DNA of 64,000 nucleotides from Marsupella aquatica (Eukaryota; Plantae; Marchantiophyta): NCBI GenBank assembly GCA_973895155.1, contig OZ316891.1:6419708-6483707 (forward strand), read 5' to 3'. Within the stretch, counting starts at the first letter, position 1. Every line of letters starts with the position of its first letter. The notes under the pieces are model-generated. The model was not told the DNA's origin, ran no database searches, and saw nothing but the letters and a program-made list of their open reading frames with translations. The position numbers were made by a program, and so were the translations under genes. Positions 13,691-27,035 of this stretch are shown here, piece after piece.

Positions 13691-15957
13691 ACCTCAAGAA
13701 AGGAATTGGGTCACAACATTGGGTTTATAGGGTTTTGAGGACTCCCAAATGGATGATGAGGAAACAACAAAGGAGGAAGAGCAAGACGAAGCCTTGGAGT
13801 GCAAGATGATTGACTGATGATTTGTCAGTATAGTAATTCATCTACTTTTTCCGTGTGTGGATTTGTAGAGGCAAGGAGAGGGTCTTTACTCCATGGCAAA
13901 GGGAATGGGAAGAGAACAGATTTGGAATCAGTGACTAGGGGTTTGGGGCGGGTTGGATGTCCACTTTGCTGCTGAGAGAGTGGAGATATGCGCTTTGCTG
14001 GATATCAAGCGCATGTGGCAATCAAGGACCCGAGGAAGGGAAATGCTATGGTGCTCACAATTTGGTATCAACGGAAGAGTTTAGCAACCTAGGATGGACT
14101 CTGGTGCTCATAATTTGGTATTGGAAGAGTTTAGCAACCTCGATCGGATTGGACCCTGCCTTGCAAGTCTCATTTGTCACTGTCTGCCACTTGCACCTTA
14201 GTGTATTTCTCATTCAAATTTCAGTATCCCCAGGCCAGGCTGGCACAGGGGTTCCATGGCTTCACCCGGGGGTAATGTCTCATAACCAGGTATAGACATA
14301 CAAACAAAAAACTTCATTTGGGGGTTTATGGGGACTATCTTGGTCTGGTTCTGGTTGGGTGTGGGGTCTAAGGTTTAAGGGTCTTTGATGTCTGTAGCAA
14401 AGTACGCCGGGCAGAATCCACGTTCAGGCACAGTTCTTATGTATGCATGTATGATGGATGGATTATGCTCCTGCTAGTGGGACATCTTGAGAATAGTGGA
14501 GTTTAAGGAACTGTGACAATTTTGTGATGGGCACATCTGAGCCCTATTCGAAAACAAGGAATTCCATCAAACTCACATTAACATGACCTGTGTTCCTGTC
14601 AAGGTGACTCTGACCACCCTTGGGTCAATTGACTGAGGGGTGGGTCGTGTGGTCCAGTTGTCCCATCCTACACATTGCCGTTGTCCAGGGCTAGCATGTC
14701 CCTATGCGTAGCCTCGGCCTCTGTCCCACTGAGGTGGTCAAAGTCACATTTAGCAAGACTGGCCAGGGGCCGATCGCGGGACTGGGTGCAATGACAACTA
14801 TTTGGAGGTGAAGGAGCTCACCCTGGGGCTCACCCAGGTTTTCTTAACCTACAAACAAGAAAGTGGCATTGTGATAAATAGAAAAATTTCAGTGGCAAGG
14901 TAATCTAATAAATCCTAGTCAACTCAAATCCTCTTGGTCGGGGACAAGTTAGAATAAGAAATTGGGGAATTTATTGCAATCTTTTCTTGGGTAATTTCTT
15001 CTTAGACTCTGAAAGCACATTTGGGAGACCTCTCTTACTCTTGCTGGGTGTCAAAGACCAGCAATCGAGAGCTGAGCATTCCCGGAACTGTAGGGTGAGC
15101 TTGGTGATCTCTCAGCGCTTGTGGACCTGTTGCAAAGTTAAAGACAAATTAAGGCTATAAGGCAAAGGGTTCCCTTGTGAAAAGGACGGTGCCCACCACC
15201 CACCAATAACAACTATCAATCATCATCATAAACAAAACAACATCTTCGCCCAAGAGGATCCCGGACATGGAGAACTCTCCACTCCAAACCAATTGCGAGG
15301 GATTTGCTTGATGGGACCCCAAAATGAAACATGTTACTTGACAGGACCCCTGAGTGATCCAAACCATTATTCCAGGTCGAATGACCGTACCCAAAACTTC
15401 AGGGGTCCTATCGAGTAACCCAATCCATTTTAGGGTCCCATCAAGCAAATCCCTCAACCAATTGCTCATCAAACACCCCAAAAGTAAAGTAGACCATATT
15501 AGACAGCAGCAGTACTACGAGTCAATGTGGCACAGGAGTCTACCATTTGTAAAAGAAACAAAGAGCATATGAATGAATGTGGGTAGCATGGGAGTCTAAG
15601 AGTAGTAAAAGGAGCAAACAGTAGTATGAATCAATCGGGGCATGGGAGGGGAGTCTAAGAGTCATAAAAGAAACAAATAGACTAGAAATCAGTGTAGAAT
15701 GGGAGTTTAAGAGTCATATGAGGAACAAAGAGTCATATGAGGAACAAAGAGTCACGATCCTTCACTCACCAATCAGATCAGAAAATAAAGTATAGTTTTT
15801 AATTTTGTTTACATGATTGACTAACAAAAAAGTGCCGTTTTTTTTCTAATGGTCGTCCTCTCTCGCTCGTGAAATCCTCGATGCTCTCGGGAATTAAATT
15901 CTTCTTTACAAGAGACGAGAGAGAGGCGGATCCCCAAGCAGGGTCTGCCTCGCAGAG

Positions 15958-18900
15958 ATGGCTCCTCTCACAGGATCCTTGGAGGTGCCCGAAGGATTGC
16001 GTGAAGCGTTGACAGGGAGCCGTGGGGAAGAGGGCACTACTCTTGTTACGGATCTACCCTCTGGCATCGTGGGCTCAATTCTTGCGCGTATCCCCAACCT
16101 GTTCGACGTTGCCTCAGCTTTCAGAGCTTCCCGCGTCTTCTGGTTGGCCCGATCAGCTCCGTTTAAATTACGATTAAGGCCCAGTCGATACCAGGAGACG
16201 AGTGGATTTGGAGATGATCTGGGCTCCCCAAACAGGTATGCTCTAGATGTCCTGAGTGCCTCCGGTGAATTTTCGTGTTTAAGGTTGGGTAAGCATCAGT
16301 TCCACTCGATGATTCAACTAGGGCATCGAGGATTGAAGTCACTTTCTTCCAAAATGTGTGGATTTGGAAGTATAGTTGGGGTAGTCGTTGTTTTCTTTCT
16401 GTTATATGCTGACTAGTTTTGCTTCTGCTTCAGATTATATCTCCAATTGCTCTTCCCGTAACTTAGCTTGGTAAAATGGTAACCTCCTGCTGCTCATTCT
16501 AGAACTCTAAGGAGCCTGAAAGTTTTACTTATGGGCATTGAATCTGAAAGAGATAGCATTATCTACCACTAAGCAGTTAACTGCAGTTGAAAATCTTCTT
16601 TAACCCTTTCAATTTCTGAGCTGGTCCAGTAATTTAGGTCAGAAAGTCAGCCTGGGAGCTAATTTCTTCGTTAGGGTTCTTCCAACCTGTACGTTTGGAC
16701 CTATCTTTGCCTTTAGTATGGAGAGATATCGATGATGGCCCCTGAAATATTCATTTTTGTGCCCAGCTGTTGAGCTTATATCTGCCTCCACAAATCTCTC
16801 CAATGCGGTTTTCCAAAATGTGTACTGTTGAAGCGTTGGTCCCATTCATAGTCGGTTTTTGATCCCCCAAAAAACAAACCTCACAATTCTGATGGACCGT
16901 TCATTCCGACTAACACCTGCGCCTCTTCCAAGTCAGATTTCTCCTTTCGGACATGAAGCTCAATTCCATTGTACATTGATTTCTTGATGAGACGCGTTGT
17001 AGGAAGGCGACTTAGTAATCACACATCTGATGAATTGCAGAATTGAAAAGTGTAAAGAGGAACTACAACTTGTTCGACATCCCTGGTGGTCAATGTTTGG
17101 AAGCTTGAGTATTTGGGTCAATGGCAGAGGGCCTTCTTTGACCCGTAGTTTCTTGTTCTCTCATCAGGACAGATAAGGATGCAACGAAGCTAGCAGCTCG
17201 GATCAGGGCAGCTCTCACAGGAATAAGACGTGTAATGCCAAGGACGCAGGAGCTGGATTTAGCAGGGTGTCCAATTCTGGATGATGACGTCACTGGGGTG
17301 CTGGCTGATCTGCAATGCCTGGAATGTCTTGTTCTAGATGGTTGCCAGAAATTGTAAGCTTTCAAACCCTAATGTCTACGTAGAGGCTAAACATGCTATA
17401 AGGAGAAAAATGTTTTCGAATGCTTCTTTCACCAAAATCAATTCCCACACCTAGACCACGCATACCGGTGCCATGTTCCAGGCATGACCATCTTACAGAA
17501 TATGCAACTCTTGTTGCCCTTTGACATGCTGATCGAACGTTTGCTTGCTTCCATCTATGTTGTGCAGGACTTCCTCAGCTGCAGATGCGTTAGCATCGTC
17601 AGTTCGATCAGGTCCACGAGTACTTAGTTTGCAAAGATGTTTTCGGTTGGGACCTGCTGCGGCTGGTAACCTTCTGGCAGCTGCTGCAGCTGAAGGATCG
17701 CAGCTAGAAACCATACTCTTTAGCCATTTGGATGGGCTTGACCTTCCTCAAGAGCCTCTGCAATTGAACCCAGTACGAGATGACAATTCTAAGGAGATAG
17801 AGCACATGGAGATTGTCAAGAGCGTGGGTAGCTCAAACCCTGGGGCTGGCCTGAGAATCTTAGCTCTCCATAATTGTGGAAGCCTTGGGAATTCTCAGCT
17901 GGTGGCAATGGTATGTACACACCAATGTTGAACCTTAAGTGGCTTTATAGGTTTACCATTTTCCTCATTTAAAGCTAGTTTGAATAGCAGAGCTGAATTG
18001 TCTGTATTTATGTCCCAAAAAACACAGATTCGATGCTTCAAGCTAGTTGCCAAATGTTAAGATTAGTAATTTTTCAGTTGCGTGAGACGAAACCCCCCAA
18101 AGCTAGATGTTCCTACATGCTAGAAACCATTGGAACAAGATAAAAGCTAGGAATCAGCCTTTGCATTGAGTACCGACACTGAATAAATCGGCTGACACAT
18201 TTCTTCCTGGCTGTGATATAGTCGGAAACTTGCCCACGTCTTGAGGTGTTGATGTTGGGAGGTTCTGTGGATGGCCTGGGCCTCTCCAGACCAGATATCG
18301 TACCTTCCAATAAAGCAATGGAGGCTGTGTCGGCTTTGGTTGGAGCCATTGAGGGTTTGCCAAGATTGCGGATTCTTGAAATCACCTTTTTTACTAGTTT
18401 TGTAGCACGAGCGGTCAGGTCAGCCTCTCAACTCTAGGGTCTTGTAAGTTTTGGTGGAATTTTCTCCACGATATATGCAAAAACTGCGCAATAATTAGTG
18501 CGCCTTGGGTGTCGCATCTCTCAGATGCTTCTGTCTTTAATGCGCTTTAATGCCATTTTCATGAGCTCCTGGAAATGAAAGCTGATGTGTTATTGAAATA
18601 CATCCACTGATCACAGGGAGCTAGTTTCGAAGAGTATCTACGTGTGGGACTTCTGTGACAAGGATTCAGTGGCAACGGCAGCAGCGGTTGTGGCAAGTTT
18701 GAAGAGTCCCAGTCAATCAAATGGTGGAGAAGACTATGTCTTGGGATTTCCTGATGATCTATCCGTGGGCTGCAACATACTTTCTCTGAGTGAACAAGAT
18801 CACTTGGAGTCTGAGGCTTGTGTCGGTCACAAGCGAGATAGAGAACATGAGGGAGTGAATGACGGGGAGCGCTTTCTGAGCAAAACAAGTAGTAGCCAGT

Positions 18901-20748
18901 ACCGCCGTCCGCATCAGGGGGTTGATAAGAGATGGGATAGTAACGCAGAAGAGATTTTAATGGCTGTCAGGGCAGGCGCCAACTGTTCAGGTGCACGGAG
19001 GAGGACTCCTTTGCATGTTGCAGCAGCTTTAGGCGAATCAGCAGTGGTTGCAAACTTGCTATCTATTGGGGCTGTTGCCAGGGGAATGAAAGATTCGGCA
19101 GGAGCTTCCGCACTCTTCCTTGCTGCCGAGAGTGGTCATGCCCAGGTTTGTGACCACCTCTTGCGAGGAGGCGCTGATGTTCTGGCTAGTAACAGAACTG
19201 GAGAAACTCCCCTTTACATTGCGGCTTTGAAGGGGCACTCAGCGGCTGTAGAGGTTATGCTCCGCTTTTGTCAAGAATATGGAATAAATTGGCAAGATGC
19301 AGATGTATACGGTATGTGATTCCCATTCTCATCCCTCGCAAGACTGGTGTTTGGAGAATGGAAATACAAAACGCAGAAAGATAAAAACTCAAAAGCCAAA
19401 GGCCAAAAGTGGCAAGAGGTTGTCTGGCATTTTTGTACATGCTTAGGTGTTTGAAATCTCAAACTTTCATTAGTGTCGGTTTGGAGTGCAGCCAATATAT
19501 GAATGCTTCAGATCCTTTTTGCAGTTGACAAGGCACTACTGTTTCGTTTTCATTTTCGATTGTTTTCAGTTGTGCTTTTGCATTTGTCTTGCCAAGGAGT
19601 GTATAAACTTCTGAAGCTTCTGTCTTCGTGGTTCCATTCCAGAACTCCTCTTACACGAGCAATGCCTGCGGCAGCAGAATTGGAAAAAGAGAATATGAGG
19701 GAATATTATTTGTAATGGAGCCTTTGGACGTTGTGCAGGTGATGGTTGGACTCCCTTAATGGCAGCCACCGTTGCTGATCGGCAAGAGGTGGGCAAAGTA
19801 TTATTATGTGCAGCAGGAACAACTTCAAAAACTGCGTCACAGCAATTTGTGTGCCCTGAATCCAAAATGGGCTGGGAGTCTGGAAGCCAGTTTGGTGCTA
19901 AGGATGAGATTGACAACATATCAAATTTCTTTGCAAATTTATGTGCGCAAGAACACATTATTGATGAGACGGTGGCTACTCTTCCGGAGCCTGCTCCACA
20001 ACTCCTCGATGCACAGAATCGCTACGGGCAGACAGCACTCCATATTGCCGCACGTCGAGGTTTCTTGTGGTTTGTATTCAATCTCCTCCGTGCTGGCGCT
20101 TCTCCACATGTGCAAGATGAATATGGGTTACGCGCAATTGATGTGGCTCGCAAACAAAATCATTCTACTGTGGAAAAGCTGCTAAAGGAGTGGGGAGAGG
20201 AACGTCACAATGGAAAGGGTTCAAATCAAGCATCAACTAGCAAGAAACAGCCAGGATCTCGAAGAAAAGGAGCGAAAAAGGACCTTGCAGCTAACAGCAT
20301 TTCTTCAGGAGGGAACCACAAGAATCAGAATTCATCTACCCACAGAGTTGTTGCCTGGGTGCCAAAGAATTCTTCTGTCGCAAAATCCTCTGGTGAGAGC
20401 ACTCCTGATGCTAGTAGCTATGCCGACAGCTCAACTTCCACATCTGGGCTGGATCAGGAACTGTCATCTGTACCTGATTCCCCCAACAGTATTGTTCCTA
20501 GTTGGATGCATTCAAGTCCACCTGTGAGTCCGCGGTTTGAGCACCTGCCTGCAACAACAGTCGAACATAGGAACGACGAAGGTGAAGACAGAAGGGGTAG
20601 TCCACAAGACATTCCGGATTTGTTAGGATCTGAAGCAAGTCATGTACACGATAGCGTTCGAGATACTCGAAACTATTGGAGAGGCAGGGGCACACGACAA
20701 AGGACATCCTCAGGTGACAGTAACATTTTCATATCTTCGGAGGATTGA
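15958..20748 (+). CDS. F-box + LRR (FBXL/AMN1-like) + ankyrin-repeat protein, multi-exon
   Basis: F-box-like LVTDLPSGIVGSILARIPNLFDVASAFRASRVFW; Cys-containing LRR exons (LDLAGCPILDDD, LVLDGCQK, LSLQRCFRL, LALHNCGSL); ankyrin repeats RRTPLHVAA, GASALFLAA, GETPLYIAA, GWTPLMAA, GQTALHIAA. Exons approx. 15958-16234, 17041-17353, 17568-17910, ~18222-18417, ~18617-19311, 19739-20748. Confidence 0.8.
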
Positions 20749-22916
20749 TAGTGCTGAGGGTTTTTAGCGACCTTTCCGTAACCAAGATGCCAAATGTTCA
20801 TCTAGGATGACGGGAATGTAATCTCCCCTTAGGCTTCATCAGTCGCTGTAGAATCTATCACTGAGGCATCCCTCTTTTTACCAGCTGTGAGGACGAGCTA
20901 TAGGATATTGATTGTGCACTGAATGTAATAAAACCAGAGCAGAAGTCATTGTCTGACATATTTGCACGAATTGCACTAACTGCTTGTTGGTTTTTATCAC
21001 GCCTTGTAGTGGCAAACGATATCTATTTTGGGCACAATCTTGGTTCTACTTTTGTTCGGACTTGGTTCAGTTTACTTTTCGCACATGGGGTGCTTAGTCG
21101 TTGTGGTTGAGACTCAATATCCTGGAGTGACATTAGGAGTGCAAGTGGGTGAGTATCGTGTGTGCTCACTTAAAACAAGTGAAACGAACATTAATGAAAA
21201 TTTAATACCTGACTGGTGTGCACATGTTGGGTATTTCAAGCCCGTGTGCACAGCTTTGGTTTGTGGGTTTGCCCTTTGGCGAGGAGTTTACAAAGGCTGC
21301 CTCTAGATTGCTTGGGACGCCATCACTGTTGAGACAGAGGAGAGCAAAAGCCTCTTTCTGAAGGGAAAGGAGAGGAAACGTGAAATACTATAACCAAGCT
21401 TGCCGTGTGAGCCTCATGGCTGTGCAAAGGCGCCGAACTATCCATCACATACCAGAGCCTGAGATTGCTAAATGTACCTTCAATCAGAAGATCTGGTTTT
21501 GCCACAGGCGTACGATTGAAACAATGAACCATCAAAACAAAAGGTACAATATTTGGTTGCCTTCAATGTTCTTTGTATGTACGTCCACTTCAGTTTTATT
21601 TATTTTACTGTCATCAGCTTGAGAAGAACGAAGCTTAATGACACGTCCAGTCATAGCAAATATGACCAATGACTTTGAAAGGTTTTCTTGCTCAGAACTA
21701 CCGTGTTGTAGTAAATGACCAATTTTGTAGCTCATGTGCTCGTACCAGGGCCTGTATTGGAGTTCTTGATCTTTATACGCTTTGAACTAAGCGAAGAATT
21801 AAACAGAGGTTATTTATTCGTAGATCAAATTCATGGAAGTGAAAGTTGCAGATGGAGTACCACTACTTCCTAAGAAGTCACTCTGGGAAATTCTTTTCAG
21901 CGTCATAGTATTCTGTTAGTACATTCAAATTATGAAACATAGAAGTAAGCGACACCTAGGTCACTGTGCCACTTGTATGAACACATCCGCAACGCCTGAG
22001 CACTTAGCTTCACGTTTGAGTGCATACAGTTTAATGCTCTCATAGACACCCTTTCTCATGCAACCGACGTTACAGGGGGCTTTGAAGCGCCAAAATTCAA
22101 GACAAATAAAATACAGGAGACTAGCTACAGAGCACTAAAGTCCCTGATCTCTGATAAACGACTAATAAACGGACCAACCAATTTCTTATGCGAGTAGGCC
22201 AGAAATTTATTTAATAAATTGAGTAGTCGAAACTCAGGTCCGAACCTCTTTTCTCATGAAAACTAAATTCACTTATGAAGTGCTTCTCATCTGCTACATG
22301 TCGTGGCACTTCAAAATTGGCTCCGGACCTGTTAGTCCCAGTTCCAAATATCAAGAGCTATGCTGTGTGATCCACATCGGCATCCACCCACACTTTGGTG
22401 TGGAGAGGAATTGTGAAAAACTTCTTACCATTGGTAAACTGAAGTGATGCTCATCCTGTATGTGTCCTCCTGAGAAACACGTGATCTTTGCGTCCATCTT
22501 TGAAGACTACTATCCACGTGGCCTCGATATGAATGAATTAAGGCAATTTTGCTGTAACACCGGCTAAAATTCTTTCCGGTGAATACTGTCCTTCCCTATG
22601 AATCGTTTGCGGTCCAGAAATTTCAGTCCTACTCGTGCCATCTCTCAAACAGCATCAAGCCTGGTTCCTGCTGGTCCGAGTGGTGTTTCGGGTTCTGATG
22701 TCTCACTTTTGGAGCCAAATTTTAGCATCCAAGAACATATTTTGCCAGTCAATTCGGGTGATGAATGAAGGGGCCCGTATATAAGATGGTTACTTCTTAC
22801 ATACCATCGTCCTCCGCTTTGCTTGAGTTGTAGTGTTGGCAGAAGCATGCCTCAGGACAAAACAGAGGTCTGCCTTTGTGATCTTGGAGATATTTCCAAA
22901 TATATGTAAACAAACC

Positions 22917-25585
22917 TTATGTACCAAACCTGGAAAGGAACGCAGCCCCAAGGACTACCACCAGCGACGAACAAAGAAGCCCAGCGACCGACTTTTTATC
23001 TGTCACCTCCTTGTAGTAGAAGGCAGCCCACATGGCACTAATAATGAGCTGGCACTGCACCAGTGGCCAACCAAGAGACATCCCCAAGTACAGAGTTGCA
23101 TAAATGCTGCAGGCCAACCATTAAGACTTGCATTTCAGGATCTCTGGCATACATTATCCGCAAAATATTGGCAAGCACTCACTAGAAAATTGATGTCAAA
23201 TGAAGGTGGAAAAATGCAATGAAAGACAAGATGAAGAAACTCTGAGAACAACAGGAACGGCAAGACTGCTAGTCCACCCACCTGCAAAAATTTCCTGCGC
23301 TCCAAAAGAGTCCTGTCAGCAGTGCTGGACCAGCTACTATAGAAAAATGGAACAGAGGGAGAGGCTTCCCGTGGAAGACGAGAACCACAGAATGGATCGT
23401 AAGAACACAGCTAGTAATCGTGATGGCTCCCACCCCAAAGGAGATGATATACTCCACTCCCACCACATCCTGTATTGACGAGCCCATACGAATTTTATGC
23501 CGCTTGCAATCATATGAAACCGCCACATGTCCTGTTTTGCTACTCCTCTTGCCGTCAAGTCATGGGAGGTATTTCACGAAATGCTCTTGTATAAATCTAG
23601 CTTCTTTGGCTACAGTTGAAATAAGTTCCGGTGTTACCTTATTTGCATATTCGAGTGGTATCATGAAGCTTCCGTTGGTGATACCGACTATAACTGCAAC
23701 CATGACCCCCTTGAAGAATCTGTCGTCTGCATCAAATTTTGCTCCACTACCGTCATGCACAGCGTTGACGGGACTTTCCTGCGTGTCCACAATCAGGCTA
23801 CTGCTTTCATCTTCCCTTTTGGCAAGTCCTTCAAATGTCCCATGTGCCTTTTTGCCCCGTGATAAACGAACTAAAGTAATCCATGACTTTCGGAGTTGAC
23901 CAAGAGGACTTCCTCCACCAGAGGTAGCCCACGTTATCCCGATCATACCAGCTGCCATTATAGCGAGGGCAAGAAACGCCAATAGCTGATTTCGAATTGG
24001 CTCCTTGAAGACATAGGCTCCCCAAATGTAGGACACAAATACTGCAACCAACGGAACTTGGTGTCAACCAAAGACATACCAACGTATCATCACAACAACG
24101 AGCATAAACCCGGTCGACCGTAATAGGAATTGCGTCTGCACATTTGGTGCTTCAACCACTTCTAAATGTTGAGGAACTGAATACAGGTATCCATCATCTA
24201 CAATCTCAAAAGTAGTAATCTATTAGACAACCCTTCTTCAATCTTCTAATGTGAATGAACTGAGTTTTTCCCATTCGCTCGGATTAGCTCAGTATAGAAC
24301 GCAAATTACATGTCACTCAATGAACGTCATTTAAAGCCCACACAGGAGGCATCCATACTGCTGAGAGCACTCCACAGGGACTGAGTTGGGCCTATTCCAG
24401 CCAATCGCACGGCTGTTATTGCACCAAGGCCCGTGATCACCCACAAACCAGCTCCCACCATTCCCCACCATGTGAATTTCAGTGGCTGCCACCAAACAGT
24501 AGATCAAAGCAGTAGATTACATATGAGCTGACACAGTTTGCACTTACAGCAATGCAGAGCGTCGTTCTATGGTAGAGCCGACTCAGTAACGGAAGAACAA
24601 TCATGTAGTTGTTGAGCGCTAATACCTTCTGGCTAAACAGGGAAAGAGTTGCACATACCGCATAGAGCAGTACAAGCCAGCTAGTTGCGAAACAGGCAAA
24701 CGATTTATATGTCTGAAAGACAATAGGATCAACATCGATGGCCATTACGCTTGGCATTCTTATAAACACCGCTGCAAAAGAAACAAGTCCAGGAAAGATT
24801 TGGTTACTGAAATTGTTCCCCAGTACTCATTAGACCAACTCATCTTTGTAGCAGCATCATCTGGGACGCTTGAATTCTTCAGAGAAATGGACAAGTAATA
24901 TAGTCACAACGACAAGTGACCATGTAATGACTCTGAAATAGATCCCAGGAGCAAACAGAGGGATATTCCAACCAATGGCAACAGGGCTACAAAGTATGAG
25001 ATCATCTGCATCAGTTTAAGAGTGGAGAATTCCGCTGTTCCAATCACTCGTTCATCTTTGCTCAACCATGTTGCTTGCTTCTGTTTTCACCTTAGCACAG
25101 GTAATAAAAAGACTTCATACTGTGACCCTTTGATTTCATTCGATCTGTAAATCTTTCTTGCTCCCTCGCACAGACAGACATAAGTTTAAGTAGAACTTCC
25201 ATTCACTAAGCATATCAAGAGATTTAGAGGGAGACGGGGTAGCCATTGAGTTCCAGAGAGAGGCAGCTGCTAAGAGCCAAGAGTGAGCACCAACACTTCA
25301 AAAACCATTCACTCAATTCGCTGTACTCTCCTGCACGGCCACAGACTGAACAACTCCTAAAGGGACGACAGAATGATATCCCTTGTTCCAAGAGGAGATT
25401 TACCAGAGTGTCTCGAGATTGGACACCAAAACCGGATTAATAGGGAAGCAGAAGGAAAACACAACACACGTCCGCTCCAGTATGTCAATATTAGTTGAAG
25501 AATGAAATCAATTCCTCTTACCATAAGTCCCGAAGAAGACAATGGAGCCGAGTGCGCCAAGCGCTCCAATGAGACTGTCATTCAT
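22917..25585 (-). CDS. TMEM144-like (DMT-superfamily) multi-pass membrane protein
   Basis: First exon MNDSLIGALGALGSIVFFGTY (25585-25522, GTAAG donor), then VDPIVFQTYKSFACF, GIGPTQSLWS, GITNGSFMIP, GLFWSAGNF, LGWPLVQCQLIISAMWAAFYYKE. This matches the TMEM144/DUF1632 pattern as I recall it. Confidence 0.75.
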
Positions 25586-25714
25586 GGTTCTCGCTGCTGC
25601 AGCTGTCCAAGAGGATAGCTAACCGAGTGAAGGGCTTTTTAGCTGACTGATTGTATGAATCCCTTACTAGTCAGCTCGACAGAATGATATTGGATGTGGT
25701 GGGCAGCATCCTTG

Positions 25715-26080
25715 TCTCACGTCGTCAATTCAATCATCAACAATTCCTCTCTAGTTGACATAGAGAAACTTTTCTCGTCTCTTCCTTTTCTCACGTCGTC
25801 CTCTCAATCGTGAACAACTCCTCTGAACATTTCTCTTCTCTTCTCACGTCATTCTTCAATCATCAACAATTCCTCTGAAATTGACAAATGGTGAAATTCT
25901 CTTCTCTTCTCTTCTCTTCTCTTCTCTCACGTCATTCTAAAAATCATCTACAATTTCTCTTCTCTTCTTTTCTCTTCTCTTCTTTCCCTTTTCTCACGTC
26001 ATTCTTCTGTTCTGTTCTGTTCTCTTCAATCATCGACAATTTCTCCGAAAATGTAACATGACATAGCGAAAGTTTCTCTC
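25715..26080. repeat. Degenerate 70-85-bp repeats (tctcacgtc...caatcatcaacaattcctct) with TTCTC tracts upstream of the TMEM144-like gene
   Basis: tctcacgtc recurs five times (~25716, 25789, 25842, 25925, 25992). Confidence 0.7.
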
Positions 26081-26499
26081 TTCTTTGGTTATTATTATAA
26101 AAATGATGCTCCCATGTGACTTCCATGACCGTGTCACCTTTTACATCTTCACTCATTGACAACTTTTCCAGAAAGTTTTTCACTGGCGGCCCAGTTTGAC
26201 CTTCAATTAGACCCATCCTTAATGGTAGTGACTGTTTTATTGCATGTTTTTTTAGGAAGTGTTCAAAATAGTACTAATAATTGCAAACCTAAGCTACGGG
26301 CTAGGGTCTAGGTGAAGCCTCTAGACCCTAACTCCATGTATAGACAAAATTGGATTCTAAACTAAGACAAAGTGAGGGTGAACAAACTGGGCTGATAAGG
26401 ACTTTTTAGAAATGACAAAGGTGTCTATTAGTGGTCTAAAAGGTGTGAGGGGAATCTAAAATACACTCAGAACAAATATTTTCTATGCCCATATTGTTA

Positions 26500-27035
26500 C
26501 ACTGTTCACTGTAATTAGTGTGAGTAACACTAATTCGAGAGTGCCCATTTTCAGGGTCTACTCGCAAATTAGTGTTAGTCACACTAATTTTATGCTAACA
26601 CTATTTTAGTACACATGAATTAGTGTTACTATGGTCTTAAAAGTGGCAAAATACAAATAAAAAAACTATTTAAAAAAATACATAATAATTAATGTTACTT
26701 TGGACTAGAGACTAATTCGAGAGCACCCATTTTCAGGGTCTACTCGCAAATTAATGTTAGTCACACTAATTTTATGCTAACATTATTTTAGTACACATGA
26801 ATTAGTGTTACTATGGTCTTAAAAGTGGCAAAATACAAATAAAAAAATTATTTAAAAAAATACATAATAATTAGTGTTACTTTGGACTAGAGATCATCCA
26901 TTTTTAAGAAGCAATTTAAACTAAAGTTAAAAAAATTCATTTTGAAAACTGACAAAAATTAGTATATTTGGATTCAAAATCATTAATTTTATACTAACAT
27001 TAATTTTTGTATAACACTAATTATTGTGAACAGTG
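26500..27035. mobile_element. MITE with 22-bp TIRs and TA flanks; internal ~180-bp tandem duplication and a duplicated right end extending to ~27140
   Basis: Left end cactgttcactgtaattagtgt versus reverse complement of right end cactgttcacaataattagtgt; TA on both sides; 26530-26710 repeated at 26711-26890. Confidence 0.75.

Noticed and set aside
13700-15480. Possible LTR-element remnant (tcaca-at-ttggtatca at ~14055, partly duplicated at ~14107)
   Set aside because: PBS is incomplete; no paired LTR, TSD or coding motif found.
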